From IMG/VR virus record IMGVR_UViG_3300025147_000004: DNA of 64,000 bases, one strand, 5' to 3'. The notes below the pieces were generated by a model. That model saw only the letters and a list, made by a program, of their open reading frames with translations, did no database searches and was not told where the DNA came from. How positions within the stretch are numbered: position 1 is the stretch's first letter; each line of letters starts with the position of its first letter. A program made the translations under genes and the position numbers. Source of the stretch: a virus. Below are positions 19,191 through 28,048 of the stretch, in pieces.

Positions 19191-22100
19191 TTAATTCATA
19201 AGTGTCACTCTTATTCCTGTTCCTACTGAGTTTTTACCACCCATGACTTCCTTGAAAGCTGTAAGCATGTTGTACGTGTTAGATTCTATTTTTACTAACT
19301 GAGCCAATGAATTAGCCGTAACACTCCCTGTATTTGATAGAATCCCCTCAATAGATTTCAGGCTAATATTCTGAAGCGATACATCTCCCCTGACTGCATT
19401 TAACAGAGAGGCAAGTAGCTGAGCGGTATCTTCTGTCACGCCTTTGATTTCGCCTTGGAGACCTTGCTTGGCTTTACCCGTAGGCTTAAATAAGTCAAAG
19501 CCATATTTTTCACCCTCTTTCTGAGCATCTTCAAGTCCGGTATTTACTGCATCAATTAATTCTGGGGCTTTTGCGAAAAATCTACCTAAATCATCCATCC
19601 AGCTTTGATCTACCATCGCCCCCGAAATTGGCTTCCCATCTGCACCAACCCCATAGCTCGCTTTCATTTCATCCTGAAGCTGAGTAAATGCACCTTCGAA
19701 AGCAGCATTGAAAATCATGTTGCTAAGGATGTTTTCCATTACTCCATTTACCGAATCTCCAAAAGCTGCGGCTGCATCTGTTCCATCTACGAAAGCTGTC
19801 ACTAAAGCATTACGAAGATCGTCACCCAAAGAGCCTGTTAGATCAGTAATTACCTGCGTGATTTGTTCTCTTGCCTTTGTAGCAGCCTCGCTCCATGCGA
19901 TTAGGTTTTCTAGTACAGCTTTGGTGGCATCGGTTACGAGATTATTCGCAACGAGAGTTTTCGCAAGCTCGGCATTAAATCCTTTTTCAGCATCTAAAAG
20001 AAGCGGATAAGTCTCTAATAAAGGTGCAACTACATCTTTCTTTTTCTTTGCAAATAATCCGGCAAAAAGTCCGACGGCTCCCCCAATAACAGCCCCAATT
20101 GGCGCAGTTAGCCAAGATAAAACACCAACACCAGCCATTCCGCCTATCGCTGCACCCATTGCCGCACCAGCTCCAACCCCCGCCAATACATTCGTTCCGC
20201 TTACGACATTTTTCTTGCCTACAATTGCCTCTGTCTTATTGAAGGCAGCCATAGCTTTTGCGTACTGATCGTTTGCATTATTCAGAGCCTTTGCGCCATC
20301 AGTAAGCCTTCCTTCGTAATCTTTTAGGAATACCGTACCGTGAACATCTGAGTTCAGCCGAAGCTGATCATTTAGAAGTAGATTATATTCAAGCTGTTGT
20401 GATATGATTGACTTGTAATATTCATCCATAACCCGCTTGCGTTCGGCTGCTGCACCTACAACTAATCCGATCAGGGAAGTTGCGCCGGATATTGCGGCAT
20501 CATAGGCTTCCGGTTTAGTTAAAGTCGATTTCCCTTTATTACCTAATCCAAATGCTTTTGTAAGTGTGTTACCGGATTTAATCAACAGGGATAAGGAATC
20601 GGCAAGTTCTGAATTGTATTCCCTGACGCTATCAATTAACTGATTAGAGCTTTCGAGAATCTGCTTTCTTATTTTCTCCTGTTTGCTTAGGGAGTTATTT
20701 TGCGCATCTGTGTTTAATTTACCTTGAAGCACATTTGCTTCGGATTGCTTGTTTGGGTCTAATGATCCTCTAAGATTTTTTATTTTTTGCTCCTGTATTT
20801 TTTTATAGCTTGCAAAATTAAGTTCTGTAAGTACATTTTCCCTATCGAAGCCATTGGCGATGATCTCGTTTTTCTGATATTGAATTTCCTCTTCAAAATT
20901 AAGCTGTTGAATACGATATTCTATATTCAACTCTTTCATGGCTACTAATCGCTTCTTTTCGATCTCCACACCCAAAGCATTACCAGCAGGACTATTTACT
21001 TCTTTGGCCTTCTTTGCCCAATCGTCATACTTTTCATTTAGGGCGGCACGTTCACGTTCGATGCCATACAGGAAAGCATCATTTACGTCACGCTGAAGCT
21101 CTTTGATTTTATATGCCCAATCCTTGTTTATTTTAACTATTCCGGCAGCCTTATCATTCTCATTATTAAGAACCATTTGTCTATCGTTAGCTAAAGCGGT
21201 CTTAACAGCAGAACTAAATCCAGCTCTTTCGGCTTCTGGCAATCCGGCAGTTGCTGCAGATATTCCCTTAGAATCTGATAGGCTTGAAATTTCATTTTTT
21301 GCACCCTTTTTAATTCCGGCAGCAGCATTCAATTCATCAACCCTTAATTGGCGTAACTTAACGAGCGCAGCTTCTCTTTGCTTAAAGGCTGCATCGTTAA
21401 GTGCAAATTCCTTATCCATAGAGTCCTCCATCTTTGCTATTTGTGCCGCAGAAATAGCAGCATCGTAATTAGCGAAGTCTTCGTGGTCTTTAAGGTATTG
21501 CTCGTTTAACTTATCCATTGCGTCTTTGCGACGGTTGGCAGCATCTGTAGTTGTTTTCTCTCCTTTTATTTCATCCTTACTATATTGTCCAAGAAGATCA
21601 TGATTGATAGTTTTATACAACTCATACTTCTCTTTTAGTGGAGCAATGAAAGCCTTTTTATCTGCTTCGGTTGCGCCTTTGCGAACTAAAGTACTTGCCG
21701 GAGTTGCTAACGCTTGGTCTAATTTCTCTTTTGCCGATTTTAAATTTGCGGCATAAACTTCGTATAATTCGGCATCCGGCTTATCCTCTATAAGGCTTTT
21801 TGCTACTTTCCTATTCTCTTCGCCAAACTGCTTCAGCGCATCTACACCGAGCATGATTCGTTTGGCTAAAGTTCCTTCTGGAGCCTCTGCTTGTATTAGG
21901 CGATTTTTAGCATTTGCATCTTCTTCTCTTCCGACAGAGCGTAGGTATTTTTCCTCTTCTGCGAGCTGAGCTATTTTAATGCGCCGCATTTCATTATCGT
22001 ACTCATCCCCTGCCTTCTTGTTTTTTGCCAATATTTTTTCTTCTGCATATTTTGCAGCAATCTTATCCATAGCAATAACCTGATTCTCGGTTATTATAGT

Positions 22101-24266
22101 ATTTGTGCCATGAAGAGATTTTGTTTGTTCATCGAGTGCTTTTGTTCTCTCTCCAACTTCGGCAATAGAGTTGGCGTATTTCTGTAATGCCTGAAATGCA
22201 TCGCTATTAATAACCTGTGAAGTGGTTGATTTCGCTCCAGCTTTATTTAGAGATTCTTGCAGTAAATTCAATAATCCGTCAGATTCAGATATGAGGGCTG
22301 GATTTTTCCTTATGGTATTAAATATGCTTCCAATGATACTTGTGGCTACTTGACTACTTAACCCAAACCCTTCACCAGATAATGTAAGCCCCTTTGTGAG
22401 AGATTTTCTTATTTGAGCTTCCGCATCCCCAATGTCTTTAGCCTGACTTTCATTTATCGTGGCGAGTCCGGTAGAATACAGCTTGGCTCTTGCGTGGTCA
22501 TATAATGCTTCTGTTGCTAAATCTATTTTTGTTACTATACTATCATAACTGTCTCCCTCTTTGATCATGTCCTTTAAGTAAGGACTCATTACAGTATTGA
22601 GTTGTTTTATAGCATCTGCTCTCTCTTGTGTTCCTTCTGCTGCACCTTTAAGTTTTTGCATCAGAACTTCAACCTGAGTTACCGTTGCGGTCGCATCTGC
22701 TTTGGCATCTTTAAATATTCCATCTAACGCCTTCTGAAGCTCTTTAGCTCTGTTTGTTGCCAATGCCATATACGTAACTAATCCGGCAATGGCTGTAAGG
22801 ACGATACCTACTGCATTTACTTTCATAACTACGGCTAATCTTGTGAATGCGCCAGATGCAATATTTGTTGTTGCGGCTAATGCTACCTGAGAGCTTGACA
22901 TTGCTACATTCGCAGCTATATTAGCCCTCATAACACCAATCGACGCTACTCTTATTGCTAAGGACGCTTTCTCATAAACATTAATCAAAATTAGCGCGGT
23001 CTTGTAAGCTCCATACATTGTGATGACAGTGCCTAAAACTTGAACTACCTGCTCCCAATTACGCATAAGGTTGGTGAGCATATCTACACCACCCTTCAAT
23101 TTACTACTCTGTCCCTCACCAATAACGTTTAACATTATCTGGTAGGCATCCTTTAAGTTGGAAATCTTACCGACTAAAGTTTCGGACTGCTTCTTCTGCA
23201 TTTCGAAGAACATTCCACCGGAAGCAGTTAGATCAGTAAATATCTCATCTACCATCTTAAATGATACCATCCGGTTCGATATTTTCTCAAAGACTTCTCC
23301 GGCAGAAACTACACGACCTTCGAGCTTTCCGAACTTGTCTGCTAACTTGTCCACTATCGGAATACCCGCCTCTGTAAATTGCCTAAGCTCTTGTCCTCTA
23401 AGTACGGTAGCCGCTTTTACTTGTCCGTATGCGAGAATGATTCGATCCATATCCACGCCAAGTCCGGCAGACACATCCGCCAGCTTCGTCATGGTTCCAA
23501 AGAGCTTGTCAGTCTCAATAGAGAATGCGGCAAGTTGTTTGGTATCTCTTAATAAATCCTGAAAGGTAAATGGAGATTGTACCGATAATGTCTTGACCTG
23601 AGAAAATATTTTATCTGCGGCTTCCTTGTCTCGGATAATTGCGCGTAAAGCGACACGCTGGAGTTCGAACTCTCCAGACACCATCGCTAATTGTTTTATA
23701 AAAGCTGCAATACCTGCGACCGTGAAGGCTCCTCCGAGTGTGGATGCTAATTGTAGGGCAATTCCACGCTGGGTAATAAATGCGCGACTTGTTACGCCGG
23801 AATGATTAGCGAGATTCTGTTGCGATCTGGCTGCGGCATTAGCGGCAGTGGTTACGCGAGAGTGAGAAGCGGCTGCTTGGTTCTGGGCGATTATAAGTCG
23901 TTGCGCAGAAGTAAGAGCGGCGTTGTTGGAGATAGTTTGGGAATTTATAAGGGTTTGCTGAGCCGCCCTATTTCTTGCTGCTATCCCTGCTCCTGTAAGA
24001 TTCGCATTGTTCAGTGCCACCTGTGATCTTGCATTCACATCCGCAGCCTTTGCGTTTGCGAGATTTGCTCTTGCAAGTCTTTCAGTTTCTATGGCACGTT
24101 TGGCGTCAACTGCCGCTGATTTCAGAGCTAAGGCCAAATTCGCCTTTGTGATGGACGGATCTACAAGAGCTGCCGTTATCTTCGCTTTTGCCTTTGCAAG
24201 TTGCGCATCTAATTGTGATTCATCGACTCCAAGTGTATAATGTAAATCTCCTAATGATACGCCCAT
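19191..24266 (-). CDS. tail tape measure protein
   Basis: 1691 aa, Ala/Lys/Glu-rich with coiled-coil character, internal hydrophobic segments, and the expected position after the chaperone pair. Confidence 0.85.
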   Translation of the reverse strand: MGVSLGDLHYTLGVDESQLDAQLAKAKAKITAALVDPSITKANLALALKSAAVDAKRAIETERLARANLANAKAADVNARSQVALNNANLTGAGIAARNRAAQQTLINSQTISNNAALTSAQRLIIAQNQAAASHSRVTTAANAAARSQQNLANHSGVTSRAFITQRGIALQLASTLGGAFTVAGIAAFIKQLAMVSGEFELQRVALRAIIRDKEAADKIFSQVKTLSVQSPFTFQDLLRDTKQLAAFSIETDKLFGTMTKLADVSAGLGVDMDRIILAYGQVKAATVLRGQELRQFTEAGIPIVDKLADKFGKLEGRVVSAGEVFEKISNRMVSFKMVDEIFTDLTASGGMFFEMQKKQSETLVGKISNLKDAYQIMLNVIGEGQSSKLKGGVDMLTNLMRNWEQVVQVLGTVITMYGAYKTALILINVYEKASLAIRVASIGVMRANIAANVAMSSSQVALAATTNIASGAFTRLAVVMKVNAVGIVLTAIAGLVTYMALATNRAKELQKALDGIFKDAKADATATVTQVEVLMQKLKGAAEGTQERADAIKQLNTVMSPYLKDMIKEGDSYDSIVTKIDLATEALYDHARAKLYSTGLATINESQAKDIGDAEAQIRKSLTKGLTLSGEGFGLSSQVATSIIGSIFNTIRKNPALISESDGLLNLLQESLNKAGAKSTTSQVINSDAFQALQKYANSIAEVGERTKALDEQTKSLHGTNTIITENQVIAMDKIAAKYAEEKILAKNKKAGDEYDNEMRRIKIAQLAEEEKYLRSVGREEDANAKNRLIQAEAPEGTLAKRIMLGVDALKQFGEENRKVAKSLIEDKPDAELYEVYAANLKSAKEKLDQALATPASTLVRKGATEADKKAFIAPLKEKYELYKTINHDLLGQYSKDEIKGEKTTTDAANRRKDAMDKLNEQYLKDHEDFANYDAAISAAQIAKMEDSMDKEFALNDAAFKQREAALVKLRQLRVDELNAAAGIKKGAKNEISSLSDSKGISAATAGLPEAERAGFSSAVKTALANDRQMVLNNENDKAAGIVKINKDWAYKIKELQRDVNDAFLYGIERERAALNEKYDDWAKKAKEVNSPAGNALGVEIEKKRLVAMKELNIEYRIQQLNFEEEIQYQKNEIIANGFDRENVLTELNFASYKKIQEQKIKNLRGSLDPNKQSEANVLQGKLNTDAQNNSLSKQEKIRKQILESSNQLIDSVREYNSELADSLSLLIKSGNTLTKAFGLGNKGKSTLTKPEAYDAAISGATSLIGLVVGAAAERKRVMDEYYKSIISQQLEYNLLLNDQLRLNSDVHGTVFLKDYEGRLTDGAKALNNANDQYAKAMAAFNKTEAIVGKKNVVSGTNVLAGVGAGAAMGAAIGGMAGVGVLSWLTAPIGAVIGGAVGLFAGLFAKKKKDVVAPLLETYPLLLDAEKGFNAELAKTLVANNLVTDATKAVLENLIAWSEAATKAREQITQVITDLTGSLGDDLRNALVTAFVDGTDAAAAFGDSVNGVMENILSNMIFNAAFEGAFTQLQDEMKASYGVGADGKPISGAMVDQSWMDDLGRFFAKAPELIDAVNTGLEDAQKEGEKYGFDLFKPTGKAKQGLQGEIKGVTEDTAQLLASLLNAVRGDVSLQNISLKSIEGILSNTGSVTANSLAQLVKIESNTYNMLTAFKEVMGGKNSVGTGIRVTLMN

Positions 24267-24267
24267 G

Positions 24268-24723
24268 TTATGCCTTATTAAGTAGTTCTGTTAAATCTAT
24301 TTCTACGCCTTCCTTCTCTTTCTGTGATGCCAAATATCGCTGATATATCTCCTCGTTGGCTACCACGGCTTCGTCGTAATCCTGCTTGGTATATCCTTCT
24401 TTTTTACGTTTACTATATTCTACGTGAGGAAGATCACTTGCCATAATTGCGATCTTTGCATTACTGAGAACACATCTATAAGTGTACTCCTCGATATTTA
24501 TCAATCCCCATAATAGCCGAAGCGGCTCTAAAGCCCAAGGGTATTTTTCTCCAAAAGCGGCTTTTGTGCCGACGTAAGTTCTCGAAGGTATTGCTCTGCT
24601 TCCACCTGTGTCATCGTCCTGAGAGTGTCCATCATCGTCGCTGCCAATACCATACTCACATAATATCCCTCCACTCCCATTTTTTTTTTTCCTTCCATTA
24701 TAATTGGCTGCAACTGTTCGAAG
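24268..24723 (-). CDS. -1 frame extension of the tail assembly chaperone (GT-like product)
   Basis: Hand translation shows the -1 frame is open from 24723 through the A11 tract into ORF 24268..24504. That ORF's annotated start is a TTG. Confidence 0.5.
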   Translation of the reverse strand, partial: LRTVAANYNGRKKKNGSGGILCEYGIGSDDDGHSQDDDTGGSRAIPSRTYVGTKAAFGEKYPWALEPLRLLWGLINIEEYTYRCVLSNAKIAIMASDLPHVEYSKRKKEGYTKQDYDEAVVANEEIYQRYLASQKEKEGVEIDLTELLNKA

Positions 24724-25043
24724 TCATATTGCTTTACGTAAAATAGCCAACGCCAATGTATTGCGTGGAAGAATTTAATCGCCCAAAAATTATTCAGGAT
24801 TACGTAGGATGCAATTTTGGCGACTATTTTTACTTTGGTTGCCATAAATTTTACCACCTCTTTTGAATCCATTTCGGATGGAGCTTCATTTTCAAGGAAC
24901 GCTTGGCTTACTTTATTGGTGGTATATGGTTTGAGCCATGTGATGTTGTATTCCTTGCGAGTTCGGGGAATTTGTACCCTCGTCGGAAGGTTCTGATCTA
25001 TGCTTAATAATTCTTTCTGTGCTGCTTTTGTTGGCTGTTTCAT
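24528..25043 (-). CDS. tail assembly chaperone (G-like, zero frame)
   Basis: 171 aa, located directly upstream of the tape measure gene. It contains an A11 tract. Confidence 0.5.
   Translation of the reverse strand: MKQPTKAAQKELLSIDQNLPTRVQIPRTRKEYNITWLKPYTTNKVSQAFLENEAPSEMDSKEVVKFMATKVKIVAKIASYVILNNFWAIKFFHAIHWRWLFYVKQYDFEQLQPIIMEGKKKMGVEGYYVSMVLAATMMDTLRTMTQVEAEQYLRELTSAQKPLLEKNTLGL
24680..24690 (-). promoter_or_regulatory. slippery A11 tract (GGA AAA AAA AAA ATG)
   Basis: The plus strand has a T11 run. It contains the A_AAA_AAA heptamer, and a -1 shift enters the downstream open frame. Confidence 0.5.
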
Positions 25044-25117
25044 CTTTTATTTGTTATTGTCAATAGTTGCTATGCGCATACAAATATAGCAAAAAAAACC
25101 ACATAATCAAATGTGGC

Positions 25118-25603
25118 TTAAATTGGAAAATTTAATTTGGCAAATTTTGGGTTGCGTGCAATTGCTGCTGCATCATAAGCCCTTGCGGCATCCTCTTCAA
25201 TGTCAAATCTACCAAGATGCTTCTTTTTACCATCTATCCGTAGATACGCCTGCCATTTTTGTCTTGACTTATCCCAATATACTCCTATATATTTGGATGA
25301 GCAATTCTTTATTTTTCTCTGGTTCATGCAGTTCTCTTGATTACTACAATGATTCATATTTAATCTCTGGTTGTTGCACCCATTACCGTCACGGTGATCT
25401 ATTTGTGGTTTCTCTGGATTATCCCCCATAATGAATCTATGCATTAACTGCATGGTGCGTTTTCCATTAATTATAATGTTTCTTGTTGCGTAGAACCTAT
25501 CCTCAGTCTTAAATGCACACCACTTGCCCGCATTTATCACTCTATCATAGTCATCGTCATCAACTAATGCTACTTGCCCTCGTGTTAATTTGATCTCTCT
25601 CAT
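25118..25603 (-). CDS. HNH-AP2 homing endonuclease, copy A
   Basis: The HNH region is IDHRDGNGCNNQRLNM...NQEN. The AP2 domain is SSKYIGVYWDKSRQKWQAYLRIDGKKKHLGRFDIEEDAARAYD. The start was set to MREIKL because the -7 box lies inside the longer ORF. Confidence 0.8.
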   Translation of the reverse strand: MREIKLTRGQVALVDDDDYDRVINAGKWCAFKTEDRFYATRNIIINGKRTMQLMHRFIMGDNPEKPQIDHRDGNGCNNQRLNMNHCSNQENCMNQRKIKNCSSKYIGVYWDKSRQKWQAYLRIDGKKKHLGRFDIEEDAARAYDAAAIARNPKFAKLNFPI

Positions 25604-25607
25604 AATA

Positions 25608-25615
25608 CAAAGATA
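25608..25615 (-). promoter_or_regulatory. -7 box TATCTTTG 4 nt upstream of the ATG at 25603
   Basis: The plus strand reads caaagata at 25608-25615. Confidence 0.4.
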
Positions 25616-25657
25616 ATACTTTTGTTCTAATTTCCTACTATCCAATCATTTATTTTT

Positions 25658-25694
25658 AAAAAAGAAGGGTGGAAACACTTGTGCACCACCCTTC
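25658..25694 (-). terminator. intrinsic terminator after the major tail gene
   Basis: A 9-bp stem GAAGGGTGG/CCACCCTTC (25664-25672 / 25686-25694) is followed by a T-run on the minus strand. Confidence 0.65.
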
Positions 25695-25729
25695 GGTATT
25701 GAGAGAAGAAAAGAAAGTCCTTTGCTTGA

Positions 25730-26287
25730 TTATACGTTAATCGAGTTAAGAATAATGAAGTCACTTTTAGCAGGATCTGGATTCGCCAATACGTCAAACT
25801 TTAATTCGATAGCCCCAGCCGTAGTAGAAGAAGGCGGAATCAATTTACGAGAAAGGCTTAGGTTATAGAAGATATATGCCTGATCGGCTGAGTCTCCAAT
25901 TTCAACTTTAAACATGAGGTTTGGATCTTTCAGATTCAATTTCATTCCGACAGCCTCATACGACTTACTCCCAACTACGAGCGGAGCAAGCACAGTGGCT
26001 GTCTCGATAACAGTATTGAAGAACATATTCAATAGTGCAGTTGCGGTATTTGGAACCTGCCATGTAGCTGTAATTTTACCAGCCTTAGTAACAGAATAGA
26101 TTGGAAGATCGCTCTGGTCGATAAAGATTTCAGTAACCGTGCCGTCTGCTTGCTCCAATTTGAATGTGTCCCTTATGGATTGGAATGATTCGACCCATGT
26201 AGCCGAAAGCGGGGTTGTAGATTTGGTTGCGGTATAAAATTTACCCGTGCCGACCCCGATAATACTTGTTTTTGCTGAATTTGCCAT
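25730..26287 (-). CDS. major tail protein (candidate)
   Basis: 185 aa. It lies upstream of the chaperone/tape-measure block and has its own terminator. Confidence 0.5.
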   Translation of the reverse strand: MANSAKTSIIGVGTGKFYTATKSTTPLSATWVESFQSIRDTFKLEQADGTVTEIFIDQSDLPIYSVTKAGKITATWQVPNTATALLNMFFNTVIETATVLAPLVVGSKSYEAVGMKLNLKDPNLMFKVEIGDSADQAYIFYNLSLSRKLIPPSSTTAGAIELKFDVLANPDPAKSDFIILNSINV

Positions 26288-26288
26288 T

Positions 26289-26687
26289 TTAATTATTGTT
26301 AAATTTTATTAAAACATTTATGTTAATTGCGTCAACGTCATAGCCTGTTCCGTCAAGCCCTAACGGTATGTTTGAAAGATAAGTAAATTCGTACTTACTA
26401 GTACTTATCGGTAATGCTCTCATCACATTCTTGGAATATAAAGACATCTTTGCAGAGTCCTTAACCCCAGATAACTCTTTAGTGTAAACTTCAACCCTGC
26501 AAATAGTCCTACCATAAGCATACTTATCTACAATCTCTGTGACTGCTTTTGCGACTACGAAGGCAGGAACAGTTGTAGTGGTTGCGCTCGGTCTGCGGTT
26601 CGGATATATTACCGGACAGACATTCGCTGACTTTAACGCTTGCCAAAGATCGTTTTCAATAGAGCCGATGTCGTAGTTACTGTTCAT
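26289..26687 (-). CDS. tail terminator / neck protein (candidate)
   Basis: 132 aa. The call is based on position only. Confidence 0.35.
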   Translation of the reverse strand: MNSNYDIGSIENDLWQALKSANVCPVIYPNRRPSATTTTVPAFVVAKAVTEIVDKYAYGRTICRVEVYTKELSGVKDSAKMSLYSKNVMRALPISTSKYEFTYLSNIPLGLDGTGYDVDAININVLIKFNNN

Positions 26688-27142
26688 ATTCGTTTAAAAT
26701 CTCGTAAAAAATGCTGTTCTGCATACTGATATCCATGAGTGAGAACATCCGCATATTTAATCCTAAATCGCTCATGCCATTCTGCATATGCCTCTCCTGC
26801 TACTACCACCAATTGCCAATCCCCTGTCGAATCAAATTCGCTAAGAATAATGGAACCCCAATCTGCGCCAAAACCACCTCTTGCGTCAGTCTTAACAGCG
26901 CGAGGTGGGTTCATCCATTTCTTTACCTCTACGCCCCTATGAAATATCGCATATCCATAAGAATCATGTAAATTATACGTAATATTATGGTATCCTTTAT
27001 AATCAAGCGCATAATTAATGCTTGTCTCTGCCAATTTACTAAGCGATTCTACTATTGCCATCTCGGCAATCTGCTTAATCTTAGCCATCCCATCGTTAAG
27101 AACTTTGTCGTTAGGAATCCACCTCTTTGTCGCTCTTGCCAT
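26684..27142 (-). CDS. head-tail joining protein (candidate)
   Basis: 152 aa. The call is based on position only. Confidence 0.35.
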   Translation of the reverse strand: MARATKRWIPNDKVLNDGMAKIKQIAEMAIVESLSKLAETSINYALDYKGYHNITYNLHDSYGYAIFHRGVEVKKWMNPPRAVKTDARGGFGADWGSIILSEFDSTGDWQLVVVAGEAYAEWHERFRIKYADVLTHGYQYAEQHFLRDFKRI

Positions 27143-27695
27143 TGTCGATAGTATCTAAGTCAATATCCGAGTTCTTCTTAATCACACCCTTGAAAATGTT
27201 ATAGATCGGATCGAGCATTTTGAAAATCCTAAAGGAAAATCCCATCTTCTCAAAGTTCTCATCAATAGATTTCATTTCCCAAAAGCAAATCTTAAAGATC
27301 ACAAACAGTTTCACAACTGTAATCGCTTCGGTAATCCATGTGTATCCATAAACGGCAGATTCTTTTACTAAGCCATTTAGCGCGTAAATGAAAACTGTGT
27401 AGGAGCCAAACTTGAAAATCCATCGCAAACCCTTTTTGCTGGATATGGATTCTCTGCCATCTATGATTGCGGCAGAAGTTACACCAGTTACTAAGTCAAT
27501 GAACATTATTATAAAAATCATCAGACAAACCCAAACTGTCATTCCTAATACTTCGTTTGCCCAATAACTAAACATCGTTGTCACCATTGCTATTGAGGTT
27601 GCTACCGTTCCTAAAAACGTAGTCTCCTTGGCTTTTTCTGTGCCTAAAGAAAATATCGGTTTTAAAAAACTGTATTGTTCAAAGACTGTCCACAT
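27111..27695 (-). CDS. multi-pass membrane protein, holin family 4_1-like
   Basis: It has 3-4 hydrophobic segments. IDLVTGVTSAAIIDGRESISSKKGLRWIFK matches the D..TG...A......S...G...K layout of TcdE-type holins as I recall it. Confidence 0.45.
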   Translation of the reverse strand: MWTVFEQYSFLKPIFSLGTEKAKETTFLGTVATSIAMVTTMFSYWANEVLGMTVWVCLMIFIIMFIDLVTGVTSAAIIDGRESISSKKGLRWIFKFGSYTVFIYALNGLVKESAVYGYTWITEAITVVKLFVIFKICFWEMKSIDENFEKMGFSFRIFKMLDPIYNIFKGVIKKNSDIDLDTIDNGKSDKEVDS

Positions 27696-27700
27696 AGCTA

Positions 27701-28048
27701 TTAATTATTGACTCTGTTATGCCAAATTGTGCATCCCAGATTGCCGTTGTAGCTGTTCACAACTTCTCCGGCAAAGGTTTTTACGCGATCTGTAATCACA
27801 ACTGAGTCGCCAGTCTCAAACAAAACCTCATTGAATGGCAGTGATACGGTATAATCAGAAATAAATACACCCTCGGTCATTCCGGTACTGCCGGATCGTG
27901 ATGGGTAATTTCTACATTCGCCTTCAAAAACATCTACATCAGAAGACGTAGGAGGATTAACATCGGTATTCACAACTACTCTCGTAACCTTTATCCAATG
28001 TGGAAATCTTGGATTGAACCCTTCCGTGTTAGTACCTCGCCTGAGCAT
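27701..28048 (-). CDS. head-tail adaptor (candidate)
   Basis: 115 aa. The call is based on position only. Confidence 0.35.
   Translation of the reverse strand: MLRRGTNTEGFNPRFPHWIKVTRVVVNTDVNPPTSSDVDVFEGECRNYPSRSGSTGMTEGVFISDYTVSLPFNEVLFETGDSVVITDRVKTFAGEVVNSYNGNLGCTIWHNRVNN

Noticed and set aside
23655-23675. GGAGTTCGAACTCTCC resembles a tRNA T-arm.
   Set aside because: It is a simple palindrome inside the tape measure ORF. No acceptor or D-arm partners lie nearby.
19605-24240. Several 66-134-aa plus-strand ORFs inside the tape measure gene, and similar antisense ORFs inside other large late genes (for example 6750..7283, 10761..11069, 12561..12878, 34402..34851 and 58300..58740).
   Set aside because: All are antisense shadows of long, well-supported genes. 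They have low-complexity or Ser/Cys-rich products and no promoter boxes.
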